Shown in pieces: positions 15,401-30,400 of a stretch of 64,000 nucleotides of DNA (within the stretch, counting starts at the first letter, position 1; every line of letters begins with the position of its first letter). The translations under genes and the position numbers were made by a program. The stretch comes from Tubiluchus corallicola (Eukaryota; Animalia; Priapulida), in NCBI GenBank assembly GCA_030141605.1, contig JAQGDQ010000047.1, positions 248,001-312,000 on the forward strand. Direction: 5' to 3'. Below the pieces are notes generated by a model, which did no database searches, was not told the origin of the DNA, and worked only from the letters and a program-made list of their open reading frames with translations.

Positions 15401-18400
15401 ACAGACCAAAAGTTAGACAATTTCGGGGTTTATTAAATTGCCTTTTTTGCCTGCAATTAACTAGTATTGCCTTTTTGCTAGCTTATCTTTTGCCTGCAGT
15501 TAGAGATGTCATATCAGTAAATATTTTTGCCTACTTTAATGTTTATACTGTAAATAATATCTTATGCAAACAAAGTTACTCATCATTAGAATGGATATAG
15601 TCTGTGCTGTTAGCCAAAAAGGGAACTGGATACAACTATCAAACTTTTAGGAATGATATTTACTAACAGCGTTTCGTCGTGAAAGTAACATCCTGGTATG
15701 GATAACTAACACACTGGATGATGTAGCTAAAATATGTAACAGTTTATTAAGATCATTCAAATTTGGCATATTCCATGCAGATGACATCTCGTCTGTACTT
15801 CGCATGCAACTTAGACCAAAATTCTTGTAGCAAACCGCCTATTTCCTATTGATCCATAATATATTTCATAATATGGTTTCACTTGCAAATTATGTACAAA
15901 TATTTGATTTTATAAAAAGGACTGAAGAACGATGATGTAATTTGACCACTTCATGTGTTCCAGTCACCTAATGAAAGAAGCCCACATATAACTTAGTATT
16001 CGTCCGTAATAGTAACCAAATGCTCATCAGTTCAAATTTTGATGTGATATGCCTGCAAAGTGCAGCACCCTTGATCTTTCAGTGTCCTGAGACAGAGAAC
16101 CAAATGATGAAATTTTATAAAAATGTCCAAAATATCCAAAAAAATCCAGAATGGCCTAAAGCAGCATTCCTGAAAGTTTGGCAGCTGTATCCAGTCAGTC
16201 ATCATTTCATCAAAATTTGGCCTTAACAGGCCTGACTAGTAAGATTGTACTGAGTAATATACTTGCTCTGAATGTATGCAGGTGCACAATTTAAAATATC
16301 AATGATATTATATCAAAGCTTGTTCAGTATCTTTCACATGTTGTCACTTTCTTTTACTAAACAAGTAAGCAAAAATTTTATTTCCAACTAAAAGTAAATA
16401 AAACACACATAATGCATACACTTATAAAATTTTACAAAGAAAATAATTTGCATGAGATTTGCACACATGATAAAATATAAGGATTAGTGACCAATAATTA
16501 ATGAAACAAAATTTTATACAGCTGTCGTTGAAACTGGTGGACAATCAGATATCGCAATAGACGACATGGTTGTATATGATCGCCCATGCGAACCAGTTGG
16601 TTCATGTGATTTTGAGTACAACAAGTGTTTCTGGGAATCTGACAGGAGCAGCGCTACAGATTTTGAGTGGCTGAGAAGCAGTGGTTCAACTTCGTCTGTC
16701 AGTACAGGTCCCTCATATGATCATACAACTGGCACAGCAGAAGGGTTAGTTTTGCAATTTATAACTTGTGTATTAAGAGACATTTAGTAAGATTCCTAAT
16801 TTTTGATGCTCGTGCTAGCCAAGGTACCAGCTTTCTTATATAGTATACTAATTTGTGTTTATTTTATGTAAATTTCAAATAGGTATTACATGTACATTGA
16901 AACATCTGGTCCGATCACGGGTGCTAAGGCAAGACTAATCAGTGAGCCAATGGCTGGCACGCCTAGTGGTGGTCAATGCTTCATCTTATGGTATCACATG
17001 TATGGAGCTACAATAGGAAGTCTGAATGTTTATCTGCGTCACTTTGATACAGGTAGGATTAGCATACAAATCTAAAAATGTTGACTGTATTGACTTAATC
17101 ACTTGCCACACTTCACTTTATCAATTATAAATTAGATGTAGAAGTTGGCATTATAATTGGAATGACATTGTGATCAACAGTAGAGGCAATAGTAGGAAAT
17201 GTGGCTTCTTCCATTTACTTCTGCATATACAAAGTTTCCTCACTCAAAAACCCGCGAAACAACGAAAAACCGCGATAAACGAACCACGAAGTAGCAAGGG
17301 AACACTGTAGTGATGTTTCTATCTCTGTGTTCTGTCAAAGTTTATAGGTTTTTCAAAATCGCATTAAAATAGAACTTTCTACTAGCTTTAAATCCCATTT
17401 TGGTACTGTTTAAGAAGAATGTCACTAGTTTTATTTAGATCACCCACTTTAGTAAATTCTAAATGGAGCCACACTAGTCATTTCTATTTATTTAATTGCA
17501 CTGAACGGTTTATTGCATTGTGTGCAAAAAAATGTACATTACGGTTCCATTTTCTTCAGTTATATTTCGCATTAAAATCACTTTTATTACAAAAGTAAAA
17601 TTTACAAAAATCCATGTATTTCTTTATATTTTTCTAGGATTAGAAGCCTTGGTGTGGAATACAACAGGTGATCAAGGTGACATGTGGTACGAAGCAAAAA
17701 TTCCATATAGCTCTGCTAAAGGTTATCAGTTTATCATTGAAGGTAGGGTTTTAGTGATTATACTTTGTTGTTACTATGTACACATTAAATTAGTAAAAGT
17801 TTAATGCACATACTGTAAGAAAGTGAAAATCTTAAGAATCATATGCTGCTCATTTGTTCATTGTGTACGAAAATAACTCATCTTAGTAATTAAGAAGGTT
17901 TACATGCTTAGTAATTATTATTAGAAAAAGAATTCATCTTTTCAGTGTTTTTGAGGTTGGTCTCCTTTCTGTTCAGTAAAGTTGTTTAATATGCTCAACT
18001 GGTTGGGACATAATCTGGGAATGTCCATTTATTACAAAAATTCTTTAAAAGTGTTGTCTAATGGTTTGGTAACATTGTCTTTCAGGAGTTGTGACTGTTG
18101 CTGCTATGTAATAATCAATAAATTTTTGTATTTATTATTTTATTGTTTTGCAGGTGTACGTGGCACTAGTTTTACGGGAGATATTGCCATCGATGACATC
18201 GAAATCCTTCCTTATGCTTGTGATGTCACCACTGTAACAACAATGGTCACCACCACACCAGTTCCGACTTACCCATCTTCCTTGTATGACTGCGATTTCC
18301 AAGTCGATATGTGCAACTGGGCAAAAGGTTCAAGTGGTATGTTCTTTAAAATTTCTGCAATGTTGCTATAAGACAATTAAATTATTGAAAATACGAGTTT

Positions 18401-21400
18401 GTTGTTACTTTAATATAATCAAGCTCAAAGTTTCCGATCGTTGCACTGCAGTATTCAATTATGCATTATTGTTTTTTTTAGATTTCTCTTGGACAACATT
18501 CCGTGGTCCTTCCCCAGATGAAGCAACTGGTCCCCCGTCCGATCACACTCATGAGAATATGGCGGGATGGTATATATATGCACCTGCTAAAGGACAAAAG
18601 AAAGGTAACCACAGTATATGTCAATTAAGAATATCCAAGTATGCTAACGAAACATTTCACTAAATGCAGTAACCCTTCTTTGGGCTATTCTCACCTTTGT
18701 TTTGGACTTTAATTAAAACACCTAATTTTATGGAAGAACATAATTCTTCAAATTCACTTATTTAATTGAATTCGTTTAACTGTTTGTTCTCATCACCCAT
18801 TTTATTACAAGAAATATGGCTTGTGAGATGGACGTCATTTACGCAATAATTATGGGCAGCCCACTAGGTATTCTTAAACAGTACAAAATAACTCATCAAA
18901 AACAGTCAAACTATAACTAATAAACATGGGCAATTATATTGAGAGCTTTTGAGCATACTAAGTATTTTGTAATCATTATTGTGAGGTGCTATAATGACCT
19001 TGCTATGCCAATCTATCACTTTGGCAAACCTAAAAGCTTGTTTTGCTGTATTTCATTGATTTACTATTTGTACTAAGATTTGCTAAGAGTAATTATTCTA
19101 GGTGATGTTGCTCGAATCATTGGTCCACAATCCGTATTTTCTAATGCCGGGGCCTGTTTCAAGTTCTGGTTCCACATGTGGGGCACTCATATTGGTGAAC
19201 TAAACATTTATGCAAAAAACATAACAAATGGCAAGGAGATTCTCTACTGGAGTAAGAGAGGGACACAAAGTATCAGGTGGCAATATGGCCAAGTGCACAT
19301 GAATAGTCCTGGTACTTACGAGTAAGTAGCTTTTTCTTAACCGAAGCGAACAATTGTGTTACTTGGTTGGCATACATACATACAAACTTTATTTATAGTC
19401 GGTTTTACAACAAAAAAAAGCATTAGCACAAGTACTAGTCTTTACCGGCAATAAAATACATTAAAATACAGGTAATAAAGCTAATATACAAAAATTAAGA
19501 AATTGAGTGATATTGCAAAATGAAATGTTGAACACAAGTATAGTTAAAACTAACTAAAAATCTAGCAAGTTAGTTAAAATAAAGATTCTAAAATGTACAA
19601 ACTATCAACTGAGGAAAAGTAAAAAAAAGCTGAAAATAAAAATGCATAATGTAAAACTACAATGCAGTACAGATTTTTGATTTACAAATACTAGAGGTTC
19701 AGGAAACATTTATAAAACCAAGACATATATTTTAATGATTTTGCTTTTGTAGCGATGCAAACAGTAAACTATAGTGCAACATCACTGTTATAGGATTATA
19801 GTTGAAGCTGTTGCCACCTCGGACATTGCTGCTGATATCGCACTTGATGACTTCTCCTTCAATCAAGGAAGTTGTCCAACTATTGATCTGTGTGATTTTG
19901 AGAATGGCTGGTGTGGTTTCGGCCAAGACTTAACTGGAGACTTTAACTGGATACTGCAACAAGGCATGACCATAAGTTTACAATTTAGATTCGTAATACA
20001 AAAGTTTTCATACAAGCACCTATGTGGAAATTGAATACACCAATTATGATTCTTCTTCATGTCAAATATTATTGCTTTCACAAAACTGCTGATTGTAAGA
20101 AATAATGTTTACCAATTTTGTCATATTGTAAAAATTCAAACACTTGTGCATTCTAAAATGTATTAATGTGTTTGCAGTATCGGTAATAACCATTACAATT
20201 TGAAATGCTGCTTTTGCTACAAATACAATGTCACATATTTACATCGGGAAGCCATTCTTTTATCACTAATTTTGATTGTTTTTGTTAAAATTTTTAGTAA
20301 AATGGTCTGTTGACAGACATGTTTGATGGAGTTTCATGTATTTGTAACATGACTTACGTAACTGTAACATGTAACTAATATTTATTAGTTAGCGTACATT
20401 GTGTATTGTGTACACAAATTTTGTGTCTTGCCTAATGAGGTTTCTGACATATAAATCTAGAAAATGTTCTACGCGGTCTTTTGCGTAGTTTGTTTGTTAC
20501 TTGCATGTATACATTTACATTTACATATGTATGCACTTACTAAAAATTTAGTTGCATTTATTTTTCAGCTGGTAGTTCAGCTAATGGTCCATCTGTAGAT
20601 GTTACTTATGGAACTGGACAGGGAAATCATTTATTTTCCGATACCCATCCATCTGGACTGAGAGCTAGAGTTGATAGTCCAGTATATGATCCTGGTGAGT
20701 GAATACTTAATGAGTAACATTTATTATATCCAGCATTAATCAGCTGAACCAAATGCTTGTTATTTTATAAACCTGAAAAACTATTTCATTGGCACGGCAT
20801 TGGCCATTAATTTCATTCGCTATAAGGCATTTTTGCTTATCGCTAATGTGATCATTAGTGTAATTAAGCTTTTTGGTATGCAAAATTCATTTATATCATA
20901 AGAATTCACAACATTGATGTGCTGTATTGGCTAAAAAAAAAGCATTTATTACCCACAACACGTATTTACTACTGCTCTTTTACTACAGTGCACATAAGAA
21001 ATGTATACTACATGCAGGAAGCAAGTTGTTATTCTGCAACAACCAGTTATTCTTATTATATACCAATCAATCATCCTATAAAATGTATGCAACTGACAAT
21101 GTGTTATTCGTAATGAGTAAAATTATATTAACTATTAAACTGTAGTATCTATTATATTAAAATATAGTACTTTTGTGCCTCCGGCTAAAAAAGCGGGTTA
21201 TGGCAAAATGCCTTGCTAGTTACACAGAGCAAAGAGCATACCGCGGATTACGACATGCGCCTTACGGAAGATGGAAGTCGACTTAAAGCTCACTAATTAT
21301 GGATTATGGCTTGCTCCTACGGTTTTTTCTGTGTTACAAGCCTTATTAGTATTCTGCTTGCCCAGTCTAGGCAATAAAATTAACTTGCATTCAGTGGCAA

Positions 21401-24400
21401 CATTTTATTTATGTAAGCTTATTGTGTAGCTACTAATACCTCAACAATTTGACGATAATATTGTGTACACTGTTTATTTCCAGAGTGGATTCAGTGTTTT
21501 GAATTCTGGTACCATCTCAAGGGTACAAATGTTGGCTCATTAAATCTTTATGCAAACATTGGCAGTTTCAAACAACTGATCTGGTATGAATCAGGAGATC
21601 AAGGAAACGAGTGGCATATAGCTCAAGTAAGCCTTTTATTCCTTCAGTCAAAAATACTAATTCTGGTGGATGTCTATGGTAGTATTTTACCGAATATTGT
21701 GACATCTATTTCTTATAGCAAATTATTATATGAATATATATATATATATATATAAACTACCAAAAAATTCTTTTACATAAGTTTTCTTGTAATTAGTTTC
21801 GAAAATCCTTATTCCAAGTTTGTTTTTATTAGACGATTTGCTCTGTTACGTTTTGCACCTATATTAGAACCTGTAACACTTTATTTTAGCATGAGAACTC
21901 TATTCTGTTTCATCGCATTGCATAGCTTTAATTATTACACGTGTACATGCATTTTATCCGTGTTAGTGAGAAATTATTATGTATCGTAAAATTTTCACTT
22001 ATAATACGTTGTTTGTTTTACCTATTTCAACTATTTCTTCAGGTGAGGGTGCAGTCTTTGTCACACTACTTCATGACATTTGAAGCTGTAATGGGTAGTG
22101 GTTCATCTGGAACCATATCTGTTGATGACGTCAACAAACTCTCTAGTTGCTTACCACCCGGCATGTGTGATTTTGAGGAATCTCTATGTTCCTACAGGAA
22201 TGATAAGGCACGAGCGGACCTGGACTGGATGCTAGGCACAGGTTCCATGTTTACTAGCGACACGGGGCCTAGTGTCGATCATACATTTGGTACTATCACT
22301 ATTCCACTTTCTCTGATATCTTTAAGAACAAAACGTTATGTATTCTTCCTATATTTTTGATGTAGTAGTCACTTTATTTTATCACTATGTGGTAAAAGTT
22401 CTTATCTTGTTGTAGCTCATTTAGCCCAGATGTTTTTCTAGTTTTGATTTAACAATCCAAATAACTTTCTCTCTTTTGGTTTCAGATAGAAACCTATCAG
22501 ATTTGGTAGGTTAATTAATGTCTTAATAGTTGTAGTATGTGTTTCTTTGTAGGTAGTGTTTATGGTGGTTACCTCATCATGCCATCCAAGTATGCCAGTC
22601 CTGGAGAAAAAGCGTATCTACATTCTACTGTGTTTGACCCAAGCAGCCGACCAAATTGGTGTTTCTCATTCTGGTATCACATGAAAGGCAGTGGCATTGG
22701 AACACTGAGACTACTTTTACATTTCTACAATGGCACTTCGGAAAGTAAGAAACCTTAAATGTGTGGATTTTCTTTCTTTGCTAGTTAAACTATGTTGTAC
22801 AAATATAATTGTATTGTTTGACACCAACGGTATCTTTATCAAGGCGACCAGGGTTATTCATTGTTAAATTAATAATAATTTCCTATTGTTGTTTTTTACA
22901 CATGATTTATAGATGAGCAGTAACGACTTTTTCGTTGCACCACTAAGTAATGTATATATAATACAAATTACCTGTAACATCTAATAGTTCTAGTGTACTA
23001 GTTTTAATAATTGCACTACAGCAAACTCACAGCGCAAATCTTGTGACCAGACCTGTGTGTGCAGTTTTGCCCCCTTTTCAAAGCCACTAATGTACATCAA
23101 AATAAGGTTGTCATTCGAGTTTTTAACCTTAAATTTTCAGGCGATTCGCAGGTGTGGTCTCAGTCTGGCAACAAGGGTGATGCCTGGTTTTATGATCAGC
23201 TTGATATCATTGTTAGTGTTCCCTTTAAGGTACGTTCAACTACTATGCATGTATACCTAATGATATTAATAGTTTTTGCTGCCAAAAACTTTATTTGCAG
23301 GATTGTTACAAAGGCAAACATTGTAAAACATAATTTGCTTGAAACTTATATGCACAAATAGACCTAAGGTATTTTATCTATTACATAATGTTACAAGTTA
23401 CATTTTAGTCAAAATAATTTCCAGCATGTTATTGTGCTATGTTTCTATCAGCTAATCTACACAAGCTTCCCCTGCTTAATAATACAGGATTGAATGCAGG
23501 CTAGTCCATTTGGAATAAATACCTCCTCTTACTGATTGTTTATCTCTGTTTTTGTAATTAGTGGCTTTCTTCTAGAAGCATAGCTGGTATTCTAGGTGAT
23601 ATTTACAATCAAAGTAATAATATAGGAATGTGAAAGTACTATTCTGAAGTATCATTCTGTAAAATATGCTAGAAAATTATATTAATGTAAGAAACAAATT
23701 TCTAATAGAAGCAAAACCTGAAGCAATTTTGCTAAAATCAAGTGTGTAGTATATCGGATACTAAAATGTATTGTTTCTTAAAATATGTTCTTTTACTATG
23801 ACAGAAGGACAACACATACATTTTTGAACTTGGTGCCATTGTAAAATAATATTTTTGCACTAATGTATGCCATATCTCAATGCTTAAAATTGTTGTTCAG
23901 TAAAATGTTTTTAGCCATCCCGTATATGAATCTATTGTACTGTATAACTACAACCTTAATAACTACTGCTTTCTAGGTTGTATTTGAAGGTACTGTGGGT
24001 AGTGGCAATACTGGGGACATTGCCCTTGATGATCTGAGCATGGTAACTGGAGCATGTGGGGTAATGCCTACTGTAGATCCATGTGGTTATACTTGTAAGC
24101 AAGGCGGATGTATAGCTTCTAACAAGGTAATTACTACTTACTAGTTGTATTTAATTAGACCACTGTCTGTTGTCAAATTTCTATTCACTCTTTTATAATT
24201 TAATGAAGTGACTATTAAATGAATTCTCAGCAGGATGAGCTGGAAACACAACAATAAGTAGCAGTGTATCACTCTTCATAATGATTATTAAAAATTCTAA
24301 GCAATTCTTTGCATTGTTTGGCGTGTTTAGGTTTGTGACTTTAACAAAGATTGTCCAGATGGTGATGATGAAGATGAAACGCAGTGCGGCTATAACTGCG

Positions 24401-27400
24401 ATTTCGAAAATGGTGAGCTTGAGCTTCACATTTAAAACTTTAAATGTGTGTTTGGTTTCTGCTTAAGTCATTTAAAAAAAGAACTTCTATAGTTAATAGA
24501 AGCTTTGAGATTATAAAATTTAAGCTTTGAAACTTATTTTGAGAAGATGTGATTATTGTTTATAATGTTGTAAAATATTTCATGTACAAATTACATATTA
24601 TTTTCCGAAAAATTCAAAACCTGTTATCCTCTCTGCTAATTAAATTTATAGCTTTAATTTATACACGACAGTTGAACAATTTTATTGTTTTATAAAGGTG
24701 TATGTGGCTGGGCAGAAACAAGTGCAGGATCCATTAAATGGAATAGGCAGGACGGAACTAATCCGCAACAGAACACAGGTCCTTCATACGATCACACCAC
24801 AAGTCAGAAGTCTGGCTATTATATGTATATTTCTTCCACATCTGGGTCTGTACAGACAAATGCTGAACTACGATTTGACAAATTTCAACAAGCTAGTGCT
24901 ACATGCGAATTAATATTTTGGTAAGCTTGCTGATTAGCTACATATAAATGGTAGATACTTTTGTCACTTTAGTAATTTAGTATGAACTTTATAATGAAGA
25001 ATACTAATTCATGAATATTGTACAACATATCAGAAATATTTGCATAATGTTATGTTTTATTATGTTCTACAATGAAAATCTTAATATTAACATACATTGA
25101 ACTTGTTACCTTACTAATTATCTCAAACGAAGTGTCAGTGAGGCAAACAAATAAATTGATAACATAAGTTTTTTGTACTTCACTTTATGTTTTAAAATTA
25201 CACTGTGAAAAGAATATACTTACTTAAATTTTAAAATGTCGTGAGGAGCCTAGATAAATGCCAGAAACTATTAATTGAACATTTGTTCTTAATGGATTTG
25301 TTACTTGAATTAGGTACTGGATGAGAGGTGATGATATTGGAGAAATCATGGTGTATCATGAAGAAGGAAGTGAAAAGACCAGGTTATGGAGAACTGACGT
25401 TAATACAGGTACAAGCCTATTAAAAGTCTTAATCTTGTATAACATGTGTCATGCTGCTGAATAGAAATGACAGTTGTTAATTTAAGCATGGCAGTACCAT
25501 AACATTTACAACTCATGTATCTGTTTTATAATTAGTAAGTTTGTTTTTATTCTTTCTATTAAACTTTTTACACACTTACTTATCAAGTGACTGGGTTGTA
25601 AATTTGATTATTGTGTTATGATTGGCAAATTGTTGTCTGAGTTATATCTACTCATTAAAGAACATTAAAAAACACAAGAAGATCTTCATGCGGCAGAAGC
25701 AAACATTTGCACGATAATGTTAACTTATTTTGTTGGAGATGAATGATTTCAATTTATAACACAAACTTCATATTTCTTTTCTGAAAATGGACTATTTAGA
25801 GTGTACTTTTATATATGAGTTTTTCAATGCTGTATAAATTAACTTGCTTAAGTGAAACTTATAATGCAAAATGAATGAAGTTATATATGTCTGATATCAT
25901 TATAATGAATCTGTAAATCTTCATATAATATAACCTTAGAGTGCTAGACTTGCAAATCGTTTGTTACCTTTCTAACTCATCCTAATTCTATTCTAATACA
26001 TAGTTGTGTATACTTTCCATTTTATTAACATTTTATTTTATACACACATTTTTGTTTTATTTTACAGGTTCCCAGTGGACAAAGGCCATTGTACAAGTAG
26101 CAAGGTTAACAAGTCCTTTCACGCTTTACATTGAAGGCCAAAAAGATTTCCGTCGTGCTGGAGAAATTGCTATAGATGACATCAACTTTCAAGGTAAAAC
26201 AGTTTATCAGTATTTTTAATTGGGTATGTTATTTAAAGTGCATTTCCATGAATAACTTTTTTTTTGCTATTTACGTACCATTGCATTGATGCCACGAGTA
26301 ATTACTTTTGTCTAAAACTTGCTCTGATAAGCAGAGAAATAAATAAAACTGAAATTGTCTAGTTTGTCTTAAAAGCCAACAAACTAAGCAGATACCCTCA
26401 TGCATGAATGCTTTATGCATTTACAAAATGCAGAAATATTTTTTCCTACAGAAGCGCTGCGCTAAATCAACTTTCTAGAATTTTTATCACAACTGCCAAC
26501 TTGTGCAATTTCCATTTGGTATAAATACTGGGTTATTGTTGGACTCTTGTCCCCAGAAACCGTGTTGCCAGGATTCGAGTCCCCAGCTCGAGAGAGTAGC
26601 ACTTTAGATGATTTAGACATCATGACATATTACCGTTGCAAGAAAAAACAAGATTAGCACTTTGTATTAGAAATTATCTTAATTAGCCGTGCTGCAAGTC
26701 CTACCTACGAATACTGTCACATTAATGCCAGCAATGAAGCAGTAAAGACCTGCAAAATACCTTAAGCTAAACCTTGACGTTACGCTGACCTAATCTAGTG
26801 AGCCTTATGAGGGATGATATATACGAGCCTAGCGAAAGTCTACTAAATTGAGACATCCTAATCTACCTAATGAACATGATTATTATGCAATTGCATGCAT
26901 TTTAGAGAGCTACATAATGATTGTTAAAAGTAATGTTACTTTCTATTTGTTATATTATTCCGTTTTTGCTTTTTTAATGAGCTTTTCAGCTATGGACTTG
27001 AACTTTAATATTTTTGGAAATGGTTTCTTGCCAGTTACCCTTCTATTTATTAAGCAGGTGCAGCATTGTTTAACTTAGGTATGAAACCTGTATAATGTCA
27101 ATACTTATGTTTAAATGTATGTATGTGTGTACGGAATGTAGAATGTTTGTTTCAGCTTGCTACATACCACCTACTCAGTCACAGTGCCATACTGGAGAAT
27201 TCACTTGCGCTTCAAGTGCTTGCATTTCTGTTTTTAGGTAACTGATTTCACTTTATCATTCACATCTTTATTCATTATTCTGTGCTACTCATCTTGTAAT
27301 TACTGATTAGCTTGGTGGATACAATTATATACTGTGACATTGCCTAGAGCTGGAGAAGTAACTTTTCTTAGGAATTACTTTAAATGCCTGAAGTCTTGTT

Positions 27401-30400
27401 TTTTTATACCGCCAATTCTCTTAAATTGTACTTTACACTTTTGGTTAAAAATATTACTTTCAGAAATATGTCAGTTTCTGCTGTAAAAACAATAACATCG
27501 ATTAAACACTAAATTTCTTCTTGCTAAAAAAAGTGTAATTAGTGAGAGTTGAATAGATGTGTTAGTTTTTTGTTTTTTTACGTTGCTTTGTCTAATAAGC
27601 TGTATTGTATATTGCCGTGTTTTCTTTATAACCATGTGTATTAATACTGTGTATTGAGTATTGCGCATTCAAAACTTGTGTTCTTCTTTGTTTCTGTTTT
27701 GAAGTCTGACTTTTGCTTTAAAAACATTGTGCTATGAACATCACAATTGGTATTGTTGGTCGCCTGTTATTGCTACAATTAAAATTAGTCTGGTGTAATA
27801 GTTGTCAGAAATTAAAAGATTTAATTTGCAGACCTAATTTCTGTAAAATGTAAAAAATATGCAAGTCAGTTTGAATATAAAAATTAGTTTACTAATTTAG
27901 TTTGACTTTAACAAAATGAAAATTCTTCCTCAGTTTGAAATTTGTTAATTTTGTACCGCACCAACCTGTCTATTTTCTTGTTTGTTTTTCAACAGGACAT
28001 GCGACATGACAGACGACTGTGGTGATCAGTCAGACGAAGATGCAACTCTTTGCCGTGGTTACACCATGTGTGATTTTGAACAGAACATGTGCTCCTGGTC
28101 ACAGATGAAGTTACCAGATGATGAATTTGACTGGACAAGGCAGTCCGGCAGTACGGCTTCGCCCAACTCAGGGCCATCTCGAGATCATACTAGAAACAGC
28201 AGGTTTGTAGGATAACACTAATTAGTGCCTGATTAAAGTTGTACTAATGAACATCCACAAATCTTTAATAAAAGCTAACAAAAGTCTTAAATGAATGAAT
28301 AAGAAACTTGGAAACATGCCAGAATAAAAATAAAAATTAATAATAAAGTGTACTTATAAAAAGGGTCATCTTAAGGATACACTAGACAGTTACCCAGTGC
28401 TTCGTGATTCTAAGGGCCTTGTGCTGCAATACGTGTTCAAAGATATGTTGATTAATTCTCACTTTACAGAACGTTTTTAGTGTTCAAGTTTCACACTGAC
28501 TTTTTTAATGTTTATTCATTTATTCTCTTGGCTAGATAGAGGTTGTATGCTTTGCCTAGGACCTACATTACTGTTAATGGAAGAGACTTACAGTTGTGTT
28601 TGTAAATGGGAATTAGTTTTAGTTTTTTTGTATAAATGTTAGTTTATTTTTATTTCCTTTAGTTTTGCTAGATATTTTAATGAGAAAATAAAATGTGAAA
28701 CCCCCTTAAGTGTCTCAAGTCTAATAAGAAACATTGCATTGTGATCCACTTTGATATTGTTTTTACCAGAAAAAATATCAATTCAACATCATGTGTTTTC
28801 AGAGACTTCTACGACACTGTTTTTTAGCTTATTAACTTTTAACTGTTGGTTGCAAAACACTCAATTTTTTCAGTATCTTTTTCAAACTAACAGGTTAGGA
28901 ACATATTTATACATTGAAACATCAGGCAGAAATCGTGGTGATCGAGCTAGACTGCTCAGCGATGCGTACCAAGTAAAAACTGGTACTACTAGCTGTACCT
29001 TGCGTTTCTACTATCACATGTACGGCACAGATGTTGGCACACTTGCCATGTACAGGTAAGAGTTGTTCTGTTATGTCATGATCTTTTTGGTGCTGGTATG
29101 TAGTAGGAAAAGTAGTACAGAAAGTTTTTTACCTGAAGTTTCATTACGTACAAGGAAGATTTTTCTGAACAAAAGGAACTTAAACTTCACAATTGTAAAT
29201 TGTTGCTCTTTTTGTCGCTCATGTGAATGACAATGTTAAAGTAGATACTGTACAAAACATTCAAATTTTGGACTTTTACCGTACAGAACTTCCTCATATC
29301 CTAAGAGATGATAGCATCTATGTTGTTTTTCAGTCGAGAACAGATTGGTGGTCCTTTCACTTTGCTTTGGTCGAGGACTGGAAACCTTGGTGATTACTAT
29401 GAAAGAGCTGAAGTTAAGCTAACCAACTCAGCGCCTTTCGAGGTTAGTGCTGTAATGTTTTTGCTGCAATTTATTATTTTGTATGTGTATTAATTGTTTG
29501 CTGCTCATTCTGTAACATTTTTTGCCCATAAAATCTGCAAACCACAGAATACGCTTATTTTGTTTTATGAAAATGAATATAATTTCAAGCAAAGGTTGCT
29601 CTTATTTTTAATATCGTTACTAATGAAACATACTTTTATACAAAAATTATACAAATATATATATAACTTCAATTACATGTAAGTTAAATTGAGATTATAA
29701 TCATAGTGTTACCTAAAAGGGTTGCAAAAATAATATTTACTGAATCAGTTTTTGCTTATTTGTGATAGATTATTATTGAAGCTGTAGTTGGTAATAGTGA
29801 CAATGGTGACATTGCAATAGACGACATCAGTTTTGGAGATCATTGTGTTCAGTACAGTGGCACATTACCTGGTGGAACAACTGTTTCTCCAACTTCTGGT
29901 CCTTGTGGAGACAATATGTGGCAATGTGACGATGGTACTTGCATCTGGGCTTTAGAAGTACGTAGATATAAGGTTTAAATATGTGACATTTTACCTCATA
30001 AGAGCTGTACTAGTTATGATGGGTTAAATTCAAAATGGTTTGCTGGTAAAATCAATGATATGTAGTTGAGTAATATTAATATTAAATCACGAGGTCAGGT
30101 GATATAGTCTAAGAACATTGCACTGATATTCGTGTTACTGAATTAGTGAAACTTAGAGAATTAAATAGCCAACTAACTACATGATACAGCCAGTTTAGTG
30201 GTCAAATGTCTCCTGGGAAATGGAAATCATCTGTGTTGATGCAAAAAATTTTGCAAAAGCTATACAAAAAGAATATTGCATGAACCTCTAGTTTAGTATA
30301 AAAAACATTACATGGTTTCCAGAGGTTTTCCTTTTAGTAATAATTTTGGCAAACTGCTGATGCCTGCTTGGATTATCTCTCGGTGACATCATTTACTATT

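Noticed and set aside
22486-22509. Possible 24 nt in-frame micro-exon (DRNLSDLV) with a good acceptor
   Set aside because: It would leave only a 43 nt downstream intron and interrupt the conserved DHT-G-Y segment; no support without RNA-seq.
26560-26626. tRNA gene
   Set aside because: Degenerate boxes, missing anticodon arm and no acceptor-stem pairing; at most a SINE head or relic. The same applies to 43893-43958.
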